From Perkinsus chesapeaki ATCC PRA-425 (lineage: Eukaryota > Protista > Perkinsozoa), in assembly GCA_013115145.1 (NCBI GenBank), contig JAAPAO010000046.1, positions 40,679 to 104,678 on the forward strand: DNA of 64,000 nucleotides, written 5' to 3'. Within the stretch, counting starts at the first letter, position 1; each line of letters starts with the position of its first letter. The notes under the pieces were generated by a model. The model did not search any database. It was not told the DNA's origin and saw only the letters and a list, made by a program, of their open reading frames with translations. Below, in pieces: positions 46,184 through 57,320 of this stretch. Both the position numbers and the translations under genes were made by a program.

Positions 46184-47863
46184 TCAAAGGGGGTTCTCAA
46201 TCTGCCTCTCGGAGACAGATGATCTCAATGACGATGATGACGATGACGCCATGCTGGCGAAGGTTCCTCGTCGCTCAACTGAATCTTCGGACTCGGAATT
46301 CCCGCTAGACGGCGATGATGCCATCACCCAGGCGGCCACCACGGTAATGTCATCACGTTTGCCACCGGCATAGAATGTGCCATAGTGGGCCTTGTATGCG
46401 GCCCCGAAAGGGCTCTTGTATCTGATTGAAGGCGTAAAGGAGACGACGTCTTCACTAAATCAGCAAGACTCCCACCTTCTAGTCATCTTGCTTTTCTCGA
46501 GAGCTTCGTCAGCCAGCGCCGAAGCCACTTCTTCAGGTGGAGTTGCAATCGATCCCGTTCGACGAGCTTCCAAAGGCGACACTGCCTCAGAGACAATTCG
46601 AGCAATGTTGGAAGGCCAGACATTATCAGTCAGCCCGTCCGTACAGAGAATGACCAAATCCCCTTCTTGCAGCGCGCATTCGTCGCAGGCGACCTGATAG
46701 AAAACGAACTCATAAACCTATAGACCCGAGCAGCCGAACGGTTCACCTCGTTTTCTGCGCAGTTCACAACGGCGCATTCAGATTTGTTTCTGACGGCTTC
46801 GACCAGTTCTGGTAACTCATTAGCGAGTGCATCACACTCATTGGCATCAGGAACTCGGGTGAGCTGGTAAGGCATATTAAACGTGTGTTGTCTCTCGTCG
46901 GTCCGGAGGACTGCTTCTCTATCAGCAACTAAACATTCGGTGATGCAGGTAGATGCGTGGAGCCTTACCAGGCGTTTCGCGCCTGTAGACCATAGCCACG
47001 CTGTCGCCAACGCTCGCAGTGCCAAGTTGGGAGCCTTCGACCATCGCAACCAGAGCTGTAGAGCTACCATAAGCCTTCGTACACTGATGGGCTTCAGACA
47101 ATATATTGGATGCACGCGAGCTCAAAGGCCTGAGACAACCGTAGCGATAACTAGGTGCCTGTGATCCCATCCGCGCTCATCTACGTCCTCCCATATTCAC
47201 GGGGCGAGTGACATACCACCCTCCTACGCAAGTTGAGGAATTAAAAACTATTGTTATTACTCGCTCGCGTCCTCTTCTCGAGACTCCTCGATCAGGCCTT
47301 CTGCTTTGGCCATCAACTCATCAGCGAACTTCTTAGGATTGACTTTCAGCTTCTCACCCCATTCGCCAACGCCGTCAGCAACCCCTGCGCCAAATGGACC
47401 GATGAAGCAAGCATCTTCTCCCTGAAAAGATACCCACGCGCCTCTCAAGGATTCCCAGAAGTCTCGCTTACATTTTTCCACATCTTCCCTTCTTCCAGCG
47501 GAATTTGACGAGCTGCTCCCCAAAGATAGAATTCAGAAGACTCGTCGTCTAGCACACAACCGTCGGAAAGGATCTGGTTGCGGGATTCGTTATCGGCAAA
47601 CTGATAGAAAAACCGTAAAAACTCTCTCCACTCAATGATAGTACCGAGTAACTGGCTGTGGTGTCAAAGCTGCTGGCTGTCGATCCCCCCCTGCTAAGCT
47701 GATCTTTCAGCGAAGAGGCTGTGCTAATACTTCGGGGCACGGTACAGCTCATCGATCGATCCCTCGTCAAATGAAATTTGGACTCTGTTTCACGGGTCAC
47801 TGCTTCGGGAATGGTACCCAACGGACCACCCAGAACCGTGGCGGCATACTCGCTAGAATCCAT
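46184..47863 (-). CDS. PTC7: PP2C-family phosphatase, PTC7/PPTC7 type, multi-exon
   Basis: GEDACF, GVADGVGEW, GSSTALVA, ASVGDS, QHTFNMPYQL, GDLVILCTDGLTDNV, GGKRDDITVVAA. Confidence 0.92.
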
Positions 47864-48240
47864 AGTACGCCCAGGAAGAGTGATCTCACTAAACTAGTAA
47901 ACTGTCGAGAAGAGGTTGTGTCTGCAAAACCCAACAGCTAGGAGGAGCGATTGAAAGGTATAGTGTCAAGGGTAGGTAGACCATAATTTTACGGCGCAGC
48001 GGTCATTTCAACGTCATTGGATGTACGGTGAGAAGGCTCGTCCGCCAAGTCCTCATCTGAATCGCTCTCTTCTTCCTCGGTGGCCCCGACTCGGTCCGTC
48101 AGAGGGACCCAGTTCTGATGGGAGTCCCTCGCGTTCGGGCAGTATCTGAGCGAAACCCCAAGAATTTATAGAACACGTGAGAAAGCCTGAGGTCATCTAG
48201 AATACCTTCAGCGACCGTAACCACATACGCCCCATCAGTA

Positions 48241-50776
48241 TTACTGTTTCCGAAGTGTCTCGAAGACAAGGATGCGATAAAGCTGCTCCACAAATGCATC
48301 AGCCTCTTCGTCTACGATGATCCGAAGCTGAACAAAGCCGCACTACAGACTATCTGGTTTTCTGCGAAGGGCAGCTCGAATTCCCAAAACCTCACCCCGG
48401 CCCGATGAGCTGGTCAACAGCGTTCAAGCGTTTAACACGTTGCTGGAGTCACATCCCCCATCTATCAAGCCACATTTGCTCATTCCATCGAGCGGCGGTA
48501 CACGACAACGTCACAGGGCGAGTCGCACAGCGGTATCCCTGCTCTTTCCGAATCGGAGTGGATATCGGATAAGTCATTAAGAAATCGGGTCGAAGGTACA
48601 TGAGTACGCGAAAAACCGAGCAGCAACCCGAGTTCCCGGCGGACTCGGAACTCGGATGCACTTGAACTCCGGCACTTTGCATCTTTACCGGCTCTAAGAG
48701 GCAGATGCTTATCAAGCCAAAACGTGTTCTCAGATTAGGTGCGACGGCCTGGCAGATAGGCTGCAAGCGGCCATAGCGCTGCCCCGTGTTACGCAGGCAA
48801 TGCGTTATGCGTTACGCAAAGCACGTGCGGCTTCATTACACGGGCCGTATAATAAGGCCGCATCTCACGTAACAATTCCCCACCGAAACGTGGATGCTGA
48901 TAGTAATGGGATGCCGACTTGCGCCGATAGTGAAGATAGGCCCCCCTACCGTTCCCAAAATAGTACCTCCCTCGCCAGATCAGGTGCCTCCGTTCGACGA
49001 TTCAACATCCGCATAATCCAATCCGTGAGCTCTCTATCTGGGCTACCCAGCCACATCGATACCTAAAGATGTGATCAGTGATACCGATACTTCGACCATG
49101 CCACGAAGCCCTATCAAGCTGGCGGTGCCCTGATACCCACAATAGGACTATCTTCACCAGATTTTCGTTTACACGCCAAAGCTGAGCGCTCGTTACCGTC
49201 ATATTACCTGTCTCCGTACCCAAGTCCACAGTGTCCTCTGGACAGTAGTCGACTGACCCAGTACATAGTCCCAGTCAATGGGATGACGATAGATGTCCGA
49301 ACGCTCAGTTGGGACCTAGTCAGGACCATTTGAATGCGGACAAGTGTGTGCCAATTTACCAGGGATATGAGCTCGTGTTCGCTCATAGTACTGCGGCTTT
49401 TATGTTCCTTCTTCCGTCGTTTTCTTTCATGCTTCTCCCGCTTCTCGGCATCTTTATCGACTTTATCAGCCACGGCCCGAGCCTTCAAGAATTGAGCTTG
49501 GACCTGTCGAAGAGCTCCTCAAGTACGCCAGAGCACGCAAGGCGGCTACGTCCGTGAGCTGCTGCTCATTCTTCGAAAGCTTCTCTTGTTGCTCCGCGTT
49601 CCCCAGTAAGACGGTCTCGATACGCTTCTCTTCCCTTTTGGCCAGAGATCCCTTCCAGTTCTCAGTTCCTCTGGCCATAGCTTGGGACTTCTCCGACTGT
49701 ATCCTAGCTTCCCCTGCCCTTGCTATGTCTGATAGTATACCCTTTGCACGATTCACCTAAAAACAAAGCGGAGATATTGACCGGTTATCCTGGCCTAACA
49801 TCCACCTAACAGCTCCTCTATACAATCCCGACCCTTAATCAGATCCCTCCACTACCAGTTGATAGATTTCGTCATCCACCAAGTCCATCAGATTGCTCGG
49901 CACTTCATATCCCTCCTTAGCTATCCTATTAGCAACTTCCCGGCCTCTAACGCCTTTCCAGTGATGCATCATATCCTGGGTCCGTCTGTCCACCTTAGCG
50001 TAGATCTCCCGGCCAAACAGCCTGATCCCAGTGAGAGCTCGCTGCGCCTTGAATGCTGCCCCGCAAGACCGGTACTCAGCGACGGCGAAAGTCTCCCCAG
50101 GCACGCGCCACAACTGTATAAACTCATCGTTGATTTTTTCTATGGCTTCCTGGCGCTCTGCCGTCGTAGAGCTGTTAGGCTTCTCGTCATCGGCTGGCGC
50201 AGCTGCCACCTTGAACATCTCATCCAGCAAGTCCTTGTCCGCTCTAGGGTCTATATGGAAGGCAAATAAAAGGCCTCGGCGAACACCGCTTGTCCCTGGT
50301 TTGTAGGCTGCCCTTCTTGAGCCACCTGTTGGCCTAGTATTCATGGGCTGCCCATCTGACGACAATATGTTCGGACGAACAGGTGGTAACGGCATAGCTG
50401 GTGGAACTGGTGGACCGCCGGCTCCAGTCATTGGAGGCATGCCCATCATAGGCGGACCTTGGCCTCCTCCCATCATCGACTGTGATGGCATCGGTGGAGG
50501 CATCATCATACTTGAACCGCCCATATCCGGTGGCATACCTGGCGGCGGTCCAGGCGCAGGAGGGCCCCAATTGCCAGGTGGAGGGTGATCAAATCCACCC
50601 CTGCCTTTACCGCTCCACATAGGGCCCCATTCGGGAAGACCCTTGCCTTTTCCTGGTGCCCAGCCAGCGTGCATCGGTGGCATGGGGGGCATGGGCGGTG
50701 GACCGAAGCCTTTACCGCCGGGAAAACCACCGCCCTTTACTCCAAAGCCCTTCCCCCCAGTAGGACCAGGGTACAT
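48241..50776 (-). CDS. RBM25: RBM25/Snu71-like splicing factor (RRM, RE-rich region, PWI domain)
   Basis: RRM FAVAEY..AFKAQRALTGIRLFGREIYAKVDRRTQDMMHHWK; charged middle region; PWI-like end IVDEEADAFVEQLYRILVFETLRKQ. A further acidic 3' exon to ~47990 is possible. Confidence 0.85.
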
Positions 50777-50883
50777 TGTAGAAAAGGGGAGAGAAGAAGC
50801 CTGATAGAAAGATTCGAAAAAGGTCACTTCGCTAGCCACAGTAGCACGAGCGCTAGAACACAGAGCACCGATATGGTCTGAAG

Positions 50884-51628
50884 CTAAGTGATGTGGGGCT
50901 TCCATCGGGAAATAGTTGTCCATTGAATAGGCTGGTCAAGAGAACCAGCCTTTGCCACTAGAACATCCTTGCATACTGAGTGGCAAAGCCTTGTTAGTCC
51001 TATTACCTAACCTCAAGGTCACCAAGTTAACCTACTTTGAATCTTTCTACCTCGAGCCACTCGACAGGATTCTCCTCGTCACATACCAAGACGCCATACT
51101 GGGAATGAACCTCATCCTTCCCTCCAGCGTATAACAGAAGGTGGCACCCGAATTTCAGTGCTCCTGTAGAGCTCACGTTCCACCTGGACAGTATCCTAGC
51201 TCCGACACTGTAAGATACAGAATAGGTCGATTTTCATGAGATGCTCCATGACTAAGAACTCCCTACTTACCCGGCTTTTCTCAGTTCCCCTTCAACCCGA
51301 TCGAGTGACTCATTGGCGAGCTTCTCCTCGCGAACGGATGCCATACAGAGACGCGTCGATGACGACGATATCTTCGGAATATCTTACTCATACTGTTTTC
51401 GCACAATTATTCGCCCGACGATTACGCGTCCTGCCATGTGCTCAAGATCGTCTCGTGTCTACCATTCACAACTGCCATCCTTCTCTTCTTTTTCTCACAG
51501 CCCCTGGGAATCTTCGACCGCCGGAGGCCTCGATGCGATACAAAGTTCTCGAATAGCTTGTTCCACGAACTGATTCCAAAACCCATAGTCGGAACAGAAG
51601 GCAACTTCCTCACTTCTGTCATCGGCAT
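50884..51628 (-). CDS. SEN2: tRNA-splicing endonuclease catalytic subunit (SEN2-like), multi-exon
   Basis: Spliced ELRKAG|..GALKFGCHLLLYAGGKDEVHSQYGVLV..VEWLE|VIGLTRLCHSVCKDVLVA..ISRWKP matches the EndA/SEN C-terminal domain with Tyr-His-Lys triad. Not in the ORF track; 5' exons uncertain. Confidence 0.72.
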
Positions 51629-51713
51629 CTACGCTGACTCAACGGCTTGGCTCGTGAGTCCGGGGAGACCAGGAACTACTTCGAAATGGATCCGGCAGTG
51701 CTATTTCACGTAA

Positions 51714-53401
51714 ATGAGCTCCCTCGATTCCCTTCGAATCCCCGAGGCTAAGAAGACTTACATCATTCAAAAGCTCAATCCGCTTTTGGAGGATATGGTC
51801 ACCGAATGCCTTACAGAGATGCCTAACGACCCTGTGGAGTTCATGATCAAGTACACCAGACTTTGCGGCTTCGCCTGGAGTGTCTCTAGGTACCTACGTG
51901 AGAATAAGTCCAGCGGGTCTAAGGGTGCACCAGCGGACACCCTACAAGCTGAGAACGAGCAGCTTAAGAGCGAGATCACCAATCTCAAGGAGATGCTTAA
52001 GCAGGCAGGTGGAGAGATCGCTCGAACCACCGACGGGGTAGGCTAGCTGGTGGTGACTGGTGACACGGTGTGTAGGATAATGACTCTGTCGCCGACTCTG
52101 AAGATGACGATGATGATTATGTCGACGAGCTTCCTGATAACTTCATTCAGAGCGAAACACAGAAGAGCAAGGCAAGAGCTTCGGTACGACATTAGTGGTC
52201 TTAACGTAATGTGGAGGGGCTTCGTATAACAGGTCAGCGCTGAGGCTTATGGTGCCTGGAACGTGAAACAGGAATATACTCCTCCTGTTTATCCTAAGGA
52301 CGATGAACAGAAGGCGAGGTTAGGGATGTTACTGTTAGCTTGGATGCAGCTGCTGCTGCTTCTCAGGATCAAGGATGTGCTCTCCAAGTCGTTCCTCTTT
52401 GCCGCTTTAGACGACAAGGACTTTGCCATCGTTGTTGATGCTATGAAGGAGGTCGGTCTCGATGCACTGGATTTCTCGACTGTATGCTTTTCAGGAGAAG
52501 GTCAGCGCCAAAGAGCGTGTGATAAATCAAGGAGACAATGGCGACTTCCTCTTCGTTGTTGAGAGCGGGGAGCTCGAGGTCTATAAGAAATTCCCGGTAC
52601 GTTATAGTAGGACACTTGTTATATACCTATTATGGCGCGCGGTCAGGGCGATGAGGAGGAGAAAATGGTTAAGGTGTGTGAGATCGGTGATGTGTTTGGT
52701 GAGCTCGCTCTGCTCTACAACTGCCCACGCGCTGCTTCTGTGGAGGCCAAAGGCGATTGCTCCCTTCTAAGACTTGACAGAGAGACCTTTAATCACATCG
52801 TTAAGGTAATATCCCGTATGCGAGTCGGGCACGGTTGACTCGCGATGATCAGGACGCTGCCGCCAATAAGCGCGAGCGCTACGAATCTTTCCTGAAGTCT
52901 GTGCCACTGTTGGCTTCTATGGATGCCTACGAACGGAGCCAGATTGCCGATGCTCTCAAGCCTGTCTCCATGTCAGCAGGAGATACCATCGTGAAGCAAG
53001 GTAATAAGAGCTGGAGTGAGGATCTACCTGTGTTACGCAGGTGAGCCTGGCGATACATTCTACGTTCTTGAAGAGGGAGAGTGCGAGGCTCTCAAGGACC
53101 GTGATGGTGGTCAACAGGAAGTGGTAGGAAACACTGTAGGGTACTAAAGTGTCGAGGGGCTTATAGGTCATGAGTTACAAGGCCGGTGACTACTTCGGAG
53201 AACTGGCCCTACTTCGAGGAGAGCCCAGGGCCGCTACTGTTAAGGCCAAGACCGACGCCAAGCTTCTCGCCCTCGACAGGTAGGAGCTGTCGTACTACCT
53301 ATTGATCCGGCGGACCATTCATTCCCAGGAGGAGCTTCAAGAGGCTCCTCGGGCCGCTCCAAGACCTCCTTGTCAAGGCAGGCGATCGCTACTCCAATTA
53401 A
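51714..53401 (+). CDS. PKAR: cAMP-dependent protein kinase regulatory subunit, multi-exon
   Basis: D/D domain ([24 protein letters not shown]), inhibitor site ARASVSAEAYG, two cNMP domains [16 protein letters not shown] and [16 protein letters not shown]. Confidence 0.97.
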
Positions 53402-53662
53402 GTATTGACGCGGATACCTGCTATTTTTAAGATGTTAGCACCTCAATGCTGTAACGTGGTGAGAAGAAGTCCATGAAGCAAATCGATTGTACAGTGTGGT
53501 GGAGTACCAAATGCTCACTGCGAACTTGTGTTAGTCACATTAATTGCTGTTGTGCGGGGGGAGAGATTTGAGCTGCGTCGATAGAGCTTGGGCCATGTCT
53601 GAGAACACGCTCTTCTGTTGCGAGTTTGTTGTTCTCTGTTTTAACTGCTTGAGGCAGTCATA

Positions 53663-56600
53663 ATGACAGGAAGCAACGGATCCACACAGGTTGCATCTCG
53701 AGAGGGATCTGATAGGAAAGTGAGTCTGTCTGGATACACCTGAAAGAGCCGGTCAACGCTCATTTCATCTGGGTATATAATTTGCCGTCTGTTAGTTGGT
53801 TCAACCCCCGAAAGAGATGTTACTTTGAACTCTCCGTTAGAGCACTAATCTTAGGTGTGCGTGCTGGATGGTCACAGCCTTACCTGCGATAAGCTGATAG
53901 AGCTCTCTAAAGGCAATGTAGAGCTCATGCTGTCTCCTGAAGCCTGGGATAAGGTGCTGGCACAATGGGCGGCAAGTCTGGTAGAGAGCTACCTTTGCCA
54001 AGGTCAACCGAGGCCGGCATGTGATCGATCAAATCTTGGACAAGAATGAAGTGGCGTATGGTATCAACACCGGGTTCGGTATGTTCTCCGATGTCATAGT
54101 CGCCCCGGACCAGCTCTCGCAGCTCCAGGTGAGGTTGCTGAGGATGGCGTCGGTCCTAATGAGATATTCCTAGGTTAACCTTATACGCTCCCATGCTGCT
54201 GGTGTTGGACCGCCGTTATCTCGTGAAAGAACGAGAATGCTTTTGGCACTCAGAGTCAATGTCATTGCCTGTGGACATTCGGGGGCTAGACCGCAAACCG
54301 TGGAGAAAATGCTGGCTGCGTTCAACGAGGATTGTCTGTCGGTGGTTCCCAGCAAGGGTAGGACACAGTCTTTTCTTTGGTCTCGGCAGTCTTGGAGTAA
54401 TCGATATCTAACTTGACGAGGGCGACGCACATTTAAGCGCGTTTCGATCTAGGTACGGTAGGGGCTTCGGGCGACCTGGCTCCTCTAGCCCATCTCTGTC
54501 TTGGGTTGCTTGGAGAAGGCCTTATGTGGGAGCCTGAGTCCTCTGAACCCAAACCCGCTGGTGAAGTCCTTGAGAGGTAAGCTAGGAAAGTTGAGAATCG
54601 AAAATTCCTGCCGGAACAGGCACGGTCTTGATCCCCTCGAGCTTGGACCAAAAGAGGGCTTAGCTCTCATTAACGGGACTCAGCTGATCTCTAGCCTAGG
54701 TTGCGAGGCGGTTACTCGGGCGACGAACGTGGCAAGATGCGCGGATATAACATGCGCTCTCACGCTGGAGACGCTTATGGGTGCGGCTGGGGTATTTTGT
54801 AGTAGTCGCAGGACTTCGGCCCCATTTCAGGCACGCACAATGCCTTCCATCCAAAGATACATGCTGCGAGGCCGCATAGTGGGCAGAACCTAGTGGCCTC
54901 GAGGGTCCGCGGCCTACTCCAACCAGAGAAGCCTTCCGAGCTTTTCAATAGTCACCGATACAGTGGCAAGGTTCAGGATGCGTATGCATTGCGGTGTGTG
55001 CCACAGGTAGCGGAAGGGACTGATTATCTCTCGTCCACCATCCACCATATGCTATCAATGAGATCGTGCAATCCGACCAGTCAACATAACGCAAGATGAA
55101 TCCTCCCCCCCCAAGTTGTCAGTTTGTCCTTCTAACTCGTTTACGATACCGTATGTGGGACACAAGCTCTCTACTATACTATTCCTGCCCCGCTCGTCAT
55201 CCATATTGCTCGGGGTGAGACTGGATGGCTCCTTAGTTAAGACGAGCAGCAGCCTCCCTGTTCCGTATAGGCCGCCATAATATCATCATCATATATTATG
55301 ATATTGTACATGCATGTATCATAATAGGGTATAGCGATCCTATAGTATGGTTGACATGCTTGGCTAATTGCACCCGTGGACGAGCGTCTTCGTAGGTCCA
55401 CGGTGTTGTCTACGAGACTATAGAGTTTGCCCGCCGTCTGTTGGATATCGAGCTTAACTCTGCAACTGACAATCCTATGATATTCTCTGGTGGAGCCGAG
55501 TTCTATCCTGCGGGAAGCGCGAAGGCGCCAATGGCTATTCGAGGGCGAGGGGTATCTATTGACGGCACTTCAACTGTCAAGGGTGAGCAGGATAACAGTG
55601 GCTCATTCGATCACTTCGGCTCCTGTCTTGACCTAATTCTAGATAAGCTGAGAAGTCTCAGTTCACAGAACAGGCAAGACGTCGTAATTCGGATTATTTA
55701 CTAGGAGAAAATGAATTGTTGGGTGTCGAGAAATTTCGTTAATGTGTCGCAGGTAGTGGCCCCGTTTCCCCGGTACACACGACTACTGTGAGCCCTATTC
55801 CGGCCTCTGACATAAGCCTCGGCAGCCTGGGAGAGGACGACAGTGTACGTGCGCTTTCTGACAGGGAACGCCGGAAGCGCATTCCCATAGTTCCCGCTGA
55901 TGAGTGGCCCAGAAGATGCGAGTGACATTGCGGACTTGGATGATGCCCGTCGAGAGATACAGAAGATGCGCGCCCTTCTCAAGAACTTCAAGCAGGAGAA
56001 TACGGCTCTTAACGTAGGCCAGTGGCCAACAGGGCTAGGCCTTGGCCATCTGGTGGTAGGGAGACTGGTCGACTGTGTCAGACACATCTTATGGAAACAC
56101 TGTTGCTCGGCACGAGTGGTTTCATCATATCAGGAGGCAACTTCCACGGCGAGTAAGGCACCAGTTCGCCTTGGGGACGGCCGGAGAAGGTGTGTTTCAG
56201 ATATCCCGCTAAGGCTCTAGACTTCTTGGCGATTGGTGTCCAGGAGTTGGCTAACATATCTGAGCGTCGCATGGAGAGACTTGTCAACCCGTCCCTGTCC
56301 AACCTACCAGCATTCTTGGTTCAGAATGGTGGTCTCAATTCGGGCTTTATGATTGCCCATTGCACTGCGGCAGCTCTTACCAGCGAAAATAAGGTTGGGT
56401 GCGGTTTGAAGAGTGTGCCGATAGACTTGTGGACTAGGTGCTGTGTCACCCTTCATCTGTGGATACCATCTCAACATCAGCTGCCAAGGAGGACCATGTC
56501 TCTATGGGGGGATACTCAGCGAGGAAGTGTCTGGAAGTGGTCTCCAATGTGGAGGTGGTCGTCGCCATCGAGCTTATGGCTGCGTGTCAAGTAGGCGACG

Positions 56601-56955
56601 TAGTCGCTTAGAAAGGGGAAAGAGGTTCTACAGGCCCTAGAGTTTCACCGTCCCTGCCGTACAACTGCCCCACTTGAGGCGGTTTATGATCTTGTTCGAT
56701 CGTCTGGTGTGAAGCCTTATGACCAAGATCGTTATCTTGCTCCAGACATTGATAAGGTTACTCAACTCGTAAGGTAAGCATTGCCTCCTGCTATTACCGC
56801 AGTTCTTCTCCACCCTCCATTCTACTAGGTCCGGTGCTGTATGGAAGGCGGTGGAGCCGTTCCTAAAACAGAGGGAGGAGAGCCGTATTGACGAGGTCTC
56901 ACCATTGAGCCTGATGCCGAGGGCGGATGTGATCTCACTCTGCCGTAAACTCTAA
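53663..56955 (+). CDS. HAL: Histidine ammonia-lyase (histidase) with ~115-aa internal insertion, multi-exon
   Basis: [33 protein letters not shown] (MIO triad), [39 protein letters not shown]|[15 protein letters not shown]. Confidence 0.96.
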
Positions 56956-57320
56956 GTTGGATGTCTTGGGGCGATCAAGAATGACAGAAGCCCTTGCTCT
57001 TGGGACTTGATATTTCTCTTAGTTGCTTCTCAATTTTCCCGTGAGTTTCCGATATAACGAGTGCCCACGGCAATCTGGAATTTTTTATTACAACGATGCT
57101 TACACAACCGTTGTTGCGCACGGGTATGTTTTGGTGGGGCTGAGGTGAGTTAAATCTTCACAAAAAAACTAATCGCACTGCCCGATAGGGAAAGTTGCAC
57201 GGATTCATGGAATATATTAAACGCCGTCTCGGCACATACACTGAATTCTCTGGAGGCAGGGGGAGGGATTGAACTTCTGCGAGCCATCAGTCTAAGCCTG
57301 AAGTCTTTGCCCTATCTGTG

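Noticed and set aside
50777-50923. ORF-track N-terminal extension of RBM25
   Set aside because: Overlaps the last exon of the SEN2-like gene in another frame; ATG 50776 follows a pyrimidine tract.
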